Position numbers and translations under genes: made by a program. DNA of 64,000 nucleotides from NCBI GenBank assembly GCA_963740355.1, contig CAVUDW010000002.1, forward strand, positions 2,336,001-2,400,000, read 5' to 3'. Below, piece after piece: positions 1 to 10,117 of this stretch. Each line of letters begins with the position of its first letter. The first letter of the stretch is position 1. The notes beneath the pieces are model-generated. The model ran no database searches. It was given only the letters and a program-made list of their open reading frames with translations, and had not been told where the DNA came from. This DNA comes from an uncultured Gemmatimonadaceae bacterium. GTDB taxonomy: Bacteria; Gemmatimonadota; Gemmatimonadetes; Gemmatimonadales; Gemmatimonadaceae.

Positions 1-1
1 T

Positions 2-127
2 GGTGAGGCACCGGTGGTCGTGACTGGCGCTGCCGGTCGTGAGGCGTTGTCGACTGCGCTGCGCATCGTCACCGACATCGATCGGCACGCCGCCCGATTG
101 CGCGGTGGGGCGCTGAGGCCGGCGTGA
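2..127 (+). CDS. C-terminal end (partial) of probable Gfo/Idh/MocA oxidoreductase
   Basis: Frame 2 reads GEAPVVVTGAAGREALSTALRIVTDI...*, resembling the Gfo/Idh/MocA C-terminal 'PVVTGxxGxxAL' helix; stop overlaps the lpxB GTG start. Confidence 0.5.
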   Translation, partial: GEAPVVVTGAAGREALSTALRIVTDIDRHAARLRGGALRPA

Positions 128-1242
128 GTGCCGCGGAGGTCATGATCGTCGCGGGTGAACCCTCGGGCGACATGCATGCCGCCGCGATGGTGCAGTCACT
201 CCGCGTGTTGCGACCTGACGTGCACCTCGTCGGCGTCGGTGGCGGCCGTCTCGCGGCGGAAGGCGTCGAACTACTCGAGCGTGCAGAACGCATCGCGGTC
301 GTCGGCTTCGTCGAGGTGATCAAGCACCTGCCGATCCTCTCGCGCCTGATGAAGGCGCTCCGCCGGCGCCTGGACACCGGCCGCGTCAAGCTGGTGGTGT
401 TGATCGACTATCCCGGCTTCAACATGCGCGTCGCGCGTGAGGCGTCCAAGCGCGGCATCCCCGTGCTCTACTACATCACGCCGCAGGTCTGGGCGTGGCA
501 CAAGAGCCGTGTTGGCGCACTGCGCGAGACCGTCACCAAGGCCGCAGTCATCCTGCCATTCGAGGAGAAGCTGCTCCGCGACGCGGGCATCGATGCCACC
601 TTCGTTGGTTCGCCGCTGATCGACGCCACGCAACACCTGCCGACACGCACAGAGGCGTGCAAGGCCCTTGGCCTCGATGCGTCACGCCCCGTGTTGTCGC
701 TGTTTCCTGGAAGCCGCGCTGGCGAGATCGGTCGACACCTCGCCGACTTCGTGGCCACGGCACAGGAGATCCAGCGGCTGCGCCCGCAGGTTCAGGTGAT
801 CGTGAGTGCACCGCCCAGTGTCACGATCGATCCCGGTGTCTGTCCCTTTCCTGTCGTGCGCGACGTATCGCACACGGTCTTCCGCGCTTCCACCGCCGCC
901 ATGTGCAAAAGCGGCACGACCACGCTGGAGTCGGCTGTATGCGGTTGCCCGCTGGTGGTGGCCTACCGTACCAGCGCAATGACGTACGCCATCGCCAAGC
1001 GGCTCGTCACGTTGCCGAATATCGCGCTGGTGAACATCGTGGCGGAGCAGCGTGTTGCGCCAGAGTTCATCCAGCACGAGTTGCGCGCCGACATCGTGGC
1101 GCCGGCGCTCCTGCCGCTGCTCGACGAAACGTCTCCCGAGCGCGCGCGCATGATCGAGGCGCTGGCCGCGGTGCGCGTCAAGCTGGGGCATCCCGGCGCA
1201 GCGGTGCGAGTGGCAGCGATGGTCGACGGACTGCTCCCGTGA
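124..1242 (+). CDS. lpxB: Lipid-A-disaccharide synthase
   Basis: AGEPSGDMH, IDYPGFN, PQVWAW, FPGSR, KSGTTTLE motifs. Confidence 0.97.
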   Translation: MSAAEVMIVAGEPSGDMHAAAMVQSLRVLRPDVHLVGVGGGRLAAEGVELLERAERIAVVGFVEVIKHLPILSRLMKALRRRLDTGRVKLVVLIDYPGFNMRVAREASKRGIPVLYYITPQVWAWHKSRVGALRETVTKAAVILPFEEKLLRDAGIDATFVGSPLIDATQHLPTRTEACKALGLDASRPVLSLFPGSRAGEIGRHLADFVATAQEIQRLRPQVQVIVSAPPSVTIDPGVCPFPVVRDVSHTVFRASTAAMCKSGTTTLESAVCGCPLVVAYRTSAMTYAIAKRLVTLPNIALVNIVAEQRVAPEFIQHELRADIVAPALLPLLDETSPERARMIEALAAVRVKLGHPGAAVRVAAMVDGLLP

Positions 1243-1913
1243 GCGAGGTCGCCGAGCTTCAAGGTGATGCGCGGTCGGTGTCGGACGCACGTCGCGCACG
1301 ATGGCTCTCGCTGTTCGGCTCGTGGATCATTCGTTTGCTCGGTGTGACCTGGCGGGTGCGCATGATCGACGCGGGGCCGATCGACCGGATTCGTCATGAT
1401 GGGCAGCCCGTCGCACTGCTGCTCTGGCATGGGCAGCTGCTGCCACTGTTGTATGTGATGCGGTTCCAGTCGATCGCGTGCTTGATCAGCACGCACAAGG
1501 ATGGGGAACTGATCGCCCAGGTCGCGCGACGACTCGGCTGCAAGTTGATTCGCGGCAGCTCATCACGCGGGGCTGATCGTGCACTGCTCGGTCTCGTGCG
1601 CACGTTGCGTGAAGGCTTCACCGTTGCGGTGACGCCAGATGGACCGCGCGGGCCGTACCGCACCTTCGCTCCCGGCGCGCTGGTCGCCGCGCACCGCGCT
1701 GGTGCTCCGGTGGTGGCGTTCGGCGTTCACGCGTCGCGCGCGTGGTACCTGTCGAGCTGGGATCGATTCATGATCCCGAAACCGTTTGCACGGCTGACGA
1801 TCGTGTTCGACGCACCGCACATGGTGCCGGGCGAGTCGTCACGCGACGCAGCGGACGCCGTGCCGCTCTTCGAGGAGCGGATGGCGTTGGTGGCGACTCG
1901 TGCCGCTGGCTGA
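1239..1913 (+). CDS. DUF374 / lysophospholipid acyltransferase-like protein
   Basis: WHG, S.HKDGE, RGSSSRG, TPDGPRGP, SWDRFMIPKPF motifs; GTG start overlaps the lpxB stop. Confidence 0.85.
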   Translation: MSEVAELQGDARSVSDARRARWLSLFGSWIIRLLGVTWRVRMIDAGPIDRIRHDGQPVALLLWHGQLLPLLYVMRFQSIACLISTHKDGELIAQVARRLGCKLIRGSSSRGADRALLGLVRTLREGFTVAVTPDGPRGPYRTFAPGALVAAHRAGAPVVAFGVHASRAWYLSSWDRFMIPKPFARLTIVFDAPHMVPGESSRDAADAVPLFEERMALVATRAAG

Positions 1914-2946
1914 TCTCGCGGACTCGGTCTGGTATGGCGACGCAGCCGCGTCGCGTCTTGCACGCGCAGTGTTGTCGCCGCTGAGCGCGGCCTACGGCGC
2001 GGTGATCAGCACGATCAACCAGAAATACGATGCACGGCCGGCGCTACCTGGCACGATTCCGGCAATCTCGATCGGCAACATCACCGTTGGCGGAACGGGA
2101 AAGACTCCGGTCAGTGCATGGTTCGCGCGCCGCTTTCGCGAGGCTGGCGCGACGCCAGCTATTGTCATGCGCGGCTACGGTGATGACGAAGTGCTCGTGC
2201 ATCGGCTGCTCAATGCCGACGTGCCAGTGTACGCCAATCCCGATCGTCGCGCCGGTCTGGAACTGGCGGCACAGCAGGGGGCCGATCTGGCGATCCTCGA
2301 TGACGCATTTCAGCATCGCCGTGCATCCCGTGTCGCCGACGTCGTGCTCGTGAGCGCGGATCGCTGGACCGGCGACGTGAGATTGCTGCCGTCCGGCCCC
2401 TTTCGCGAGCCGCTTCGAAGCCTGGAGCGTGCGACGCTGGTTCTGGTGACCGTAAAGGCCGCGGCCGAGCCGCGTGTGCGTGCCGCCGAACGCGCAATTC
2501 GGGCCGTGACGAACTCGACTATGGTGACGGTGGATCTCACCCCAGCGTCATTCGTCGCCGTCGAATCGCAGCGCACTGAATCATTGGAAGCGTGGCGGGG
2601 CCGCCGGGTGCTTGCCGTGAGCGGCATCGGTGACCCAAACGCCTTTCACTCTCAGCTGGAACGGATCGGGCTGCTGCCGACGTCATTGTCTTTCGCCGAT
2701 CATCAGAGCTTCGACGCCATCAGCGTCGACCGTATCGTGAAGGCCGCCAATGGCTTGGACGCAGTCGTCTGCACCCTGAAGGACGCAGTGAAGCTCGGGC
2801 CACTATGGCCGGGCTCGTCGGTTCCCCTGTGGTATCTTTCCCAATTGGTCGTTCCGCGCGACGGCGCCGAGGCCCTGGACGAAGCCGTCCGGTCGGTGCT
2901 TGAGGCGCGACGGAGCAGCCACCCTTCTCCCGACCTTTCACGCTGA
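1900..2946 (+). CDS. lpxK: Tetraacyldisaccharide 4'-kinase
   Basis: IGNITVGGTGKTP, RGYG, LDDAFQH, LLPSGPFREP, TLKDAVK. Confidence 0.96.
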   Translation: MPLADLADSVWYGDAAASRLARAVLSPLSAAYGAVISTINQKYDARPALPGTIPAISIGNITVGGTGKTPVSAWFARRFREAGATPAIVMRGYGDDEVLVHRLLNADVPVYANPDRRAGLELAAQQGADLAILDDAFQHRRASRVADVVLVSADRWTGDVRLLPSGPFREPLRSLERATLVLVTVKAAAEPRVRAAERAIRAVTNSTMVTVDLTPASFVAVESQRTESLEAWRGRRVLAVSGIGDPNAFHSQLERIGLLPTSLSFADHQSFDAISVDRIVKAANGLDAVVCTLKDAVKLGPLWPGSSVPLWYLSQLVVPRDGAEALDEAVRSVLEARRSSHPSPDLSR

Positions 2947-2957
2947 CGAGCTGAGCT

Positions 2958-4265
2958 ATGGCGACCGATCTCCGGCTGCCGACCACCAATATCGTCCTTC
3001 CCGACAAGGACCGTTTCCTCGACGAGCACAATCCGTTCGAGGCCATGATGTCGCGCTTCGATCGCGCGGCCGAGTTGCTGGATCTCGATCCCGGCATCTA
3101 CAAGATCCTCCGCAACCCGGAAAAGCAGCTGATCGTCTCGATCCCGGTCCACATGGACAACGGCGATGTCGAGGTCTTCACCGGCTACCGCGTGCTCTAC
3201 AACACGTCGCGTGGACCCGCCAAGGGCGGCATTCGCTTCGACATGCAGGTCAACCTCGAAGAAGTGAAGGCGCTCGCGGCCTGGATGACGTGGAAATGCG
3301 CGGTGGTCAACCTGCCATTCGGCGGTGCCAAGGGCGGCGTGATCTGCGATCCGGGGAAGCTCAGCGTGGGTGAACTCGAGCGCCTGACGCGTCGCTACAC
3401 CTCGAACATCATCTCGTTGCTCGGACCGGACTCTGACGTGCCGGCGCCTGACGTGAACACGAATGAGCGCGTGATGGCATGGGTCATGGACACCTACTCC
3501 ATGCACATGCGGCACACGGCGTCGGCCGTGGTGACGGGCAAGCCCCTCGAACTGGGCGGGTCGGCCGGACGCAAGGAAGCCACTGGGCGTGGCTGCATGA
3601 TCGTCACGCGCGAGGCCCTCAAGGAACTGGGCATGCCGGTGCGCGGCACGACCGTCGCAGTGCAGGGCTTCGGCAATGTCGGATCCACCGCTGCCATGCT
3701 GCTCGAACGTGAAGGCTGCCGGATCACTGCCATCAGTGATCGCACTGGTGGTGTGCACAACCCGCAAGGCGTCGACATCGCCGCAGCGATCGAGTACGTG
3801 CGCCGCAATCGCGACCTCGACGGGTTTGCCGGCGGTGACCCGATCACCAACGACGAACTGCTCACGCTCGAAGTCGACGTGCTGCTGCCGGCGGCGATGG
3901 AGAATGTCATCACGTCGAAGAATGCACCGAAGCTGCAGGCGAAGATCATCTGCGAAGGTGCGAATGGTCCGACGACCGCCACCGCCGATGCAATCCTCGA
4001 GGAGAAGGGAATCTTCGTGGTGCCGGACATCCTGGCCAACGCTGGCGGTGTCACGGTGTCGTACTTCGAGTGGGTGCAGAACCGGGGTGGATACTACTGG
4101 ACCGAAGAGACGGTCAACTCGCGCCTCGAAGAAATCATGACACGGAGCTTCACCGACGTGCGGGCGTTGGCGCGTCAACACAAGGTGAGCATGCGAACCG
4201 CGGCCTACATGCTGTCGATCAGCCGCGTCAGCACGGTGCACAAGCTGCGCGGCATCTACGCCTGA
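2958..4265 (+). CDS. gdhA: Glu/Leu/Phe/Val dehydrogenase (glutamate dehydrogenase)
   Basis: [62 protein letters not shown]. Confidence 0.95.
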   Translation: MATDLRLPTTNIVLPDKDRFLDEHNPFEAMMSRFDRAAELLDLDPGIYKILRNPEKQLIVSIPVHMDNGDVEVFTGYRVLYNTSRGPAKGGIRFDMQVNLEEVKALAAWMTWKCAVVNLPFGGAKGGVICDPGKLSVGELERLTRRYTSNIISLLGPDSDVPAPDVNTNERVMAWVMDTYSMHMRHTASAVVTGKPLELGGSAGRKEATGRGCMIVTREALKELGMPVRGTTVAVQGFGNVGSTAAMLLEREGCRITAISDRTGGVHNPQGVDIAAAIEYVRRNRDLDGFAGGDPITNDELLTLEVDVLLPAAMENVITSKNAPKLQAKIICEGANGPTTATADAILEEKGIFVVPDILANAGGVTVSYFEWVQNRGGYYWTEETVNSRLEEIMTRSFTDVRALARQHKVSMRTAAYMLSISRVSTVHKLRGIYA

Positions 4266-4268
4266 TCG

Positions 4269-4733
4269 GTGGAACTCGCGCTGGCAGTCGTCGGTCGCGC
4301 GCACGACGCGGTACTGGGTGCCTCGATCGCCGAGTACGAGCGGCGTGCGGCGCGCTACTGGCCGCTGATCGTGCGCGAGGTGAAGGAGGCGGGCGGGCGC
4401 AGCATTGCGCCCGCCGTCACCCGCCGCCTCGAAGGGGAGCGATTGCTGGAAGCCTGCCTTGGACGGGGCGAGGTCGTGGCCTGCGACGAGCGAGGCTCCA
4501 GCATGACCAGCGCCGACTTTGCGACCTGGCTCGGTCGGCTGCGCGACACTGGTGGTGCGGTGACGTTCGTGGTTGGTGGCGCGTTCGGCCTCGATGAAGC
4601 GGTCCGTTCGCGCGCGACACGCCTGCTGGCCGTGGCGCCGTGGACGCTGCCACACGAGATGGCGCGCCTGGTGCTCACCGAACAGCTCTACCGAGCCGGT
4701 ACGATCCTCCGCAATGAACCCTATCACAAGTGA
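4269..4733 (+). CDS. rlmH: 23S rRNA (pseudouridine1915-N3)-methyltransferase
   Basis: DERG, FVVGGAFG, TLPHEMARLVLTEQLYRA, C-terminal PYHK. Confidence 0.96.
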   Translation: MELALAVVGRAHDAVLGASIAEYERRAARYWPLIVREVKEAGGRSIAPAVTRRLEGERLLEACLGRGEVVACDERGSSMTSADFATWLGRLRDTGGAVTFVVGGAFGLDEAVRSRATRLLAVAPWTLPHEMARLVLTEQLYRAGTILRNEPYHK

Positions 4734-5000
4734 CCGGCGAGGCGAGCCGGCGCATGCCCGCGCCGCTGGTGGTGGGCGCTATCTTCGCTCAGCATCGTCT
4801 GTGGCGCGATTGTGCGTCCGGCGCGGTCTCGATGAAGTCTGGAGGTTCGACGTGAGCTTGCACGAACAGCTGATCGGCGACGGAATGAATGTGCGCACAT
4901 CGATCACTCGGCGCGGCGTTCGCCCTGCCATCGCTGGTGCGGACCGCCAACGGTTTGCACTAGGCGTGCACGCCGTTTCGCAGGCCGCCGGGATCTTCCG

Positions 5001-6548
5001 ATGTCGGTGACTCCCACCGTCGAACGGTTGCCGCTGGCGATGAGCCCACTCGCAGCGGCCGTCCGAGATGGCACGCTGCCGCAGGGTACGACCGCCGAGA
5101 TTCCGCGAGATGTGCAGGGATGGCGTACCCACATCGAGATGTGCCGTGAGCCGATGATGGGGCTCGGCTGGGCCAACACGCTGCGCGAGGCGATGCGTCC
5201 AAGTGGCGCCGCCGCGGCGCGGTTGGCGCGCGTGAGCGGCGGGCAGGGTGTGGTCGTGACCACGGGGCAACAGCCAGGCCTCTATGGCGGCCCGATGTAC
5301 ACGATCGTGAAGGCGCTCAGCGCGCTGTCGCTTGCCAATCGGATCGAAGCGGTGACCGGCGTGCCTACCGCGCCGATCTTCTGGGCGGCGACGGACGATG
5401 CCGATTTTGCCGAGGGCGCCACCACCTGGTTGCCGTCGCAGGGCGGGTTGCAGGACGCGCGCATCAGCGCTGCGCCGCCTGACGGCACGATGATGTCGCA
5501 CGCGTTCCTCACCAGCATGGTCGAGTCGAACGAGCTCCTCAAGCGCGCTGCCGCAGGATCGGCCTGGCCGGAAATGATCCGCGCGGCATGTGCCGCGTAT
5601 CATGAGGGCACGACGGTCGGGAATGCCTACGTGGAATTGATGCGCGAGATCCTGATGCCGCTTGGCATCACGGTCTTGAACGCGGCACATCCCAGTGTCC
5701 GGCACCAGTCCGCACCACTGCTGCGTCGTGCACTGGCCGAGGCGGTGGTGATCGATGAAGCGGTCAAGGCGCGCACCATGTCGTTGCGCGCGTCAGGGTA
5801 TGAGCCGCAGGTCGAACTGCTTGATGATCGCGCGTTGGTGTTCGTCGTACGCAACGGCGTCAAGGAACGCGCAACCGTGTCCGGCGCGGCATCGATTCTG
5901 CCGCGGGTGTCGGACGACCTGTTGTCACCGAATGTGTTGTTGCGGCCGGTCGTGGAGCGTGCGCTGCTGCCCACGGTGGCGTACATGGCCGGTCCGGGCG
6001 AACTGGCGTACTTCGCGCAAGTCAGCGCCGTGGCATCGGCGCTCAGCGTCGCCGTGCCGCTTGCCGTGCCGCGCACCAGTGTGCGCATCATCACGCCTGA
6101 CGTGCAGGCCACGCTGACACGGCACGGGCAAGGTGCGAACGACATGCGAGACACCCGTGAATTGGTGCGGGAGCTGGCTGCGAAAGCGACGCCGGATGTG
6201 TCGCTGGGCGCACTGGCCGCGCTGCGGGCGCAGATCCAGGCCACCGCCCGCACTATTCGGGAGTCAGACAGCGCCATTGCGCCTGAGGCGCTGGATGGCG
6301 CAGTGGCGCAGTTCGCACATCGTGCGGATCGCCTCGAGCGGCGGCTGCTGGCGGCATCCAAGCGTGCGATCGGCGACCAACTTCGTCGCGTCGCGCAGAC
6401 GCAGGCGCTCCTCTGGCCGCATGGGTCACCACAGGAACGGGTGGTGAACCCGTTGCCCTGGCTGGCCCGCTACGGCACACCGCTGCTGGAGCAACTGCAG
6501 CGGGCCTGCGACGAGAACGCTGCGTCGCTGGTGCATGGCGAGTCGTGA
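5001..6548 (+). CDS. bshC: Bacillithiol biosynthesis cysteine-adding enzyme
   Basis: TTGQQPGLYGGP.YT..KA, FWAA.DDADFAE, SPNVLLRP, AY.AGPGELAYFAQ, PQER. Confidence 0.9.
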   Translation: MSVTPTVERLPLAMSPLAAAVRDGTLPQGTTAEIPRDVQGWRTHIEMCREPMMGLGWANTLREAMRPSGAAAARLARVSGGQGVVVTTGQQPGLYGGPMYTIVKALSALSLANRIEAVTGVPTAPIFWAATDDADFAEGATTWLPSQGGLQDARISAAPPDGTMMSHAFLTSMVESNELLKRAAAGSAWPEMIRAACAAYHEGTTVGNAYVELMREILMPLGITVLNAAHPSVRHQSAPLLRRALAEAVVIDEAVKARTMSLRASGYEPQVELLDDRALVFVVRNGVKERATVSGAASILPRVSDDLLSPNVLLRPVVERALLPTVAYMAGPGELAYFAQVSAVASALSVAVPLAVPRTSVRIITPDVQATLTRHGQGANDMRDTRELVRELAAKATPDVSLGALAALRAQIQATARTIRESDSAIAPEALDGAVAQFAHRADRLERRLLAASKRAIGDQLRRVAQTQALLWPHGSPQERVVNPLPWLARYGTPLLEQLQRACDENAASLVHGES

Positions 6549-8145
6549 ACCCGTGACAGCACCGCCTGTGCGAAAGCCAGGCGGCTCGGGTGCATCGCTG
6601 GTTGCAGCCGGAGTCCTCATCAGTCGCATGCTGGGCTTCGTGCGCGAAGGGGTCATGGCGCACGTGCTCGGGACCTCCGTGGAAGCAGGAGCCCTGCGCG
6701 CTGCGCTCCGCATTCCGAACCTGCTGCAAAACCTGTTCGGCGAAGGCGCGCTGTCAGCGTCCTTCATTCCGGTGTACGCGCAGGTTGCGCACCGAAGGGC
6801 GTGACGCAGAGGCGGTGAAAGTGGCGGGCGCCGTGTTCACGTTGCTGGCGTTGCTTTCATCAGTTCTGGTGCTTGATCGGCGTCACCTGGTCCGCGGAGC
6901 TGGTGGCGTTGCTGACGCCAGGGTTTACGCCTGCGGTTCGCGCGCTCACGACGACCCTCGTCCGCATCATGTTCCCGGGTGTCGGGCTGCTGGTGCTGTC
7001 GGCGTGGTGTCTTGGGGTGCTCAATAGTCACCGCCGGTTCTTCCTGTCGTACGTGTCGCCGGCGGTATGGAACCTGGCCATCATTGCCGCGGTGTTGTTC
7101 GGTCGACGCACGAGCCTCGATGATGCCGCCCGCCTCGTGGCCTGGGGCGCGATGATCGGCAGTGCGCTGCAATTCCTGGTGCAGTTGCCGGCGGTGCTGG
7201 CGCTGGTGCAGGGCATCAGGTTGCGGCCGTCACTCGATGATCCATCGGTGCGCACGGTGGCGCGTAATTTCGGGCCGGCGCTGATGAGCCGCGGGCGTGC
7301 TGCAGATCAGCAGCTTCGTGGACCTGCAGTTCGCCACCGTCATTTCTGCGCAGGCCGTGGCGGCACTCGGGCTGGCGCAGTCGATCACGCTGCTGCCGGT
7401 GACACTCTTCGGCACGGCGATCACCGCTGCCGCGCTGCCCGCGATGTCGTCGGTGTCGGGTGATCACGACGAACGCAGTGCCGCGCTGCGCCTGCGCCTC
7501 GGAGCGAATCAGCAGCGGATTGCATTCTTCATCGTCCCGTCGGCAGCGGCGTTCGTGACGCTCGGTGACGCCATCGCGGCCGCGTTGTTCCGATCGGGCC
7601 AGTTTCAGGCGATGGCGACGACGTGGCTCTGGGCGATCCTCGCCGGTGCCTCGCTGGGACTGCTGGCTTCGACGCTGGCGCGACTTTACAGCTCGGCATT
7701 CTTTGCGTTGCAGGACACCGGGACGCCGCTGCGATTCGCACTGGTGCGTGTGATCGTCGGCATGGCACTCGCGTATACGCTGGGCATTCGGCTTCCGACA
7801 TGGCTCGGTATCGACACCAAGTGGGGTGCGGCTGGTCTCACGTTCGCCGCTGGTGTCGCCGGGTGGACCGAGTTCGCGTTGTTGCGTCATGCACTGCGTC
7901 GGCGCATCGGTTCGCTGCCTGATTTTGCGCCCTTGCTCTTGCGTCTTTGGGCTGCTGCCGCGGTCGCCGCGGCTGCGACATGGGCCGTGCGGCTGCCGTG
8001 GCTTGGGCGCGGTGGTGTCCCGCACCGGTTCGAGGCGTTGGCGCTGCTGGTCGTGTTTGCAGTGACCTATGGTGTCGTCACGATCTCGCTCGGGATTCCC
8101 GAGGCGACATCACTGTGGAAGCGCATCGCACGTCGGCGCGCGTGA
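6535..8145 (+). CDS. murJ: Lipid II flippase MurJ/MviN, broken by about three +1 frameshifts (probably sequence errors)
   Basis: SRMLGFVRE, RIPNLLQNLFGEGALSASFIPVY, then continuation in successive frames with shifts near 6785, 6872 and 7293; ends with FFALQDTGTP and TM helices. Confidence 0.85.
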
Positions 8146-8185
8146 CGGCACCGCGGCATTCCGTCATGTTCCACTAGATTTCGGC

Positions 8186-10117
8186 ATGTCCGGAATCCCC
8201 GACATCGTCGCCGGCAAGCTGGCGTCCCTCCCCGATTCGCCCGGAGTCTACCTCTGGAAGGATGCGGCGGGCCTCGTCTTGTACGTCGGCAAGGCGAAGA
8301 GCTTGCGGTCGCGTGTGCGCAGCTACTTCGCCAGCGATCACGAGTCGAGCGTGAAGACGCGCCATCTCGTCAGGCTGATCCGCGATGTCGAGACGATCGT
8401 GGTGCCGTCAGAGGCCCACGCGCTGATCCTCGAGAACAACCTGATCAAGGAGTACCGGCCTCGCTTCAACATCGCATTGCGCGATGACAAGTCGTATCCG
8501 TACATCAAGGTCACGCTCAACGAGCCCTATCCACGCGTGTTCGTCACGCGTCGGTTCCAGTCGGATGGCGCACGCTACTTCGGTCCGTACACCGATGTTG
8601 GTGCCATGCGTCGTGCGCTCAACGTCGTCAAGCGCATCTTCACCGTCCGCTCGTGTCGCTACGACATGCCGGCGGAGATGCCCGAGCGGGCCTGCCTCGA
8701 CTGGCACATCGGTCGCTGCAAGGCACCCTGCATCGGCCTCCAGACGCTGCCTGACTACCGGGCGATGATCGGCGACGTGGTCACCTTCCTCGATGGCAAG
8801 CCCGAAGAGGTGACGCGACGTGTGCGTGCGATGATGGAGGCCGCCGCTGCCAACCTGGAGTTCGAGCGTGCCGGTGAGCTGCGCGACGCGTTGCTGAAGC
8901 TGGAGTCGATCGAGGAACCGACGGTCGTGATGCAGGTCGAAGGTGGCGATCGCGACGTTGTTGGTTTTGCGCGCGATGGCGATGACGCCTGTGTGTCGAT
9001 CCTCCGCATTCGCGACGGCAAGCTGCTGGCACGCGATCACCGCTATCTCGCCAACGTCGAGGACGAGCCGGACGAGGCGATCCTCGTCGCCTACTTGCTG
9101 CAGCACTACCAGCACCAGTCGGAGCGCGCACGCGAGGTGTTGTTGCCGTTCGACATGGCAGAATTGCCGTTGGTGCAAGCGGCGCTGCCCGTGTCGCGCC
9201 TGCTCGTGCCGCAGCGCGGCGCGAAACGCGAGCTGATGGACCTTGCGATGCAGAATGCGCGACACTTGCTGGAGGAGATGAAGCTCACGAGCGAGGAGAG
9301 TGACGAGCGTGCGATCGATCCGGTGTATGACCTGCAGCGAGAACTCGGCCTTGCCGTGGTGCCGCGCAGCTTCGTCTGCTTCGACATCTCGCATGCGCAA
9401 GGTCGCGATACCGTCGCAAGCATGGTCTGGTTCGAGAACGGCCGGCCGAAGCGTGCCGAATACCGCAAGTTCAAGGTGGAAGGCGAGTGGGGCAATGACG
9501 ACTTCGCCTCGATGAACGAGGTCGTGACCCGGTACTTCTCGAGACGGGTCGCTGAAGGCAATCCACTGCCTGATCTCTGCGTCATCGATGGCGGAAAGGG
9601 CCAGCTGCACGCAGCCCAGGACGCGCTGGCGGCGATTGGGTTGGCATCGCAGGCGCTCGCCAGCCTCGCGAAGAAGGAGGAGGAAGTCTTCCTCCCCGGA
9701 CGCAGCGAGTCGTTGCGACTCTCGCGTCGCTCACCAGGCCTTCGCCTGCTGCAGATGGCGCGGGATGAGGCTCACCGGTTCGCCGTCACTTTTCAGCGTG
9801 CACGGCGCGCCAAGCGTACTGTGACATCGCAGCTGCTCGAGATCCCGGGGGTCGGGCCCAATCGTCGACGTGCGTTGCTGAAGGCGTTCGGAAGTGTGCA
9901 GGGCGTCAAGGACGCCGGCTTCGATGCCATTGCGGCGGTGCCGGGATTTTCGAAGGGGCTGGCGGCCAAGGTGTTGACGGGGTTGGGCGTTGAACTACCA
10001 GCCTCATTGCCAGTCTCGATGCCAGTCTCGATGCCCGTGCCTGACGACGCCGACGCAGTGCGTGACATCGCCGTCGATCAGAACGACCCTTCATCTTCAG
10101 ACACGATCACCGAATGA
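8186..10117 (+). CDS. uvrC: Excinuclease ABC subunit C
   Basis: GIY-YIG (PGVYL..YVGKAKSLRSRVRSYF), LRDDKSYPYI, FDISH, IDGGKGQL, RDEAHRFA, HhH IPGVGP. Confidence 0.98.
   Translation: MSGIPDIVAGKLASLPDSPGVYLWKDAAGLVLYVGKAKSLRSRVRSYFASDHESSVKTRHLVRLIRDVETIVVPSEAHALILENNLIKEYRPRFNIALRDDKSYPYIKVTLNEPYPRVFVTRRFQSDGARYFGPYTDVGAMRRALNVVKRIFTVRSCRYDMPAEMPERACLDWHIGRCKAPCIGLQTLPDYRAMIGDVVTFLDGKPEEVTRRVRAMMEAAAANLEFERAGELRDALLKLESIEEPTVVMQVEGGDRDVVGFARDGDDACVSILRIRDGKLLARDHRYLANVEDEPDEAILVAYLLQHYQHQSERAREVLLPFDMAELPLVQAALPVSRLLVPQRGAKRELMDLAMQNARHLLEEMKLTSEESDERAIDPVYDLQRELGLAVVPRSFVCFDISHAQGRDTVASMVWFENGRPKRAEYRKFKVEGEWGNDDFASMNEVVTRYFSRRVAEGNPLPDLCVIDGGKGQLHAAQDALAAIGLASQALASLAKKEEEVFLPGRSESLRLSRRSPGLRLLQMARDEAHRFAVTFQRARRAKRTVTSQLLEIPGVGPNRRRALLKAFGSVQGVKDAGFDAIAAVPGFSKGLAAKVLTGLGVELPASLPVSMPVSMPVPDDADAVRDIAVDQNDPSSSDTITE

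Noticed and set aside
2703..4727. 674-aa - strand ORF
   Set aside because: Antisense shadow of gdhA and rlmH
4852..5010. Small ORF with a GGAGG RBS between rlmH and bshC
   Set aside because: About 52 aa with no recognisable motif; cannot be supported without homologues
10008..10035. 12-bp tandem repeat in the uvrC tail (PVSM x2)
   Set aside because: In-frame low-complexity duplication in a non-conserved C-terminal extension
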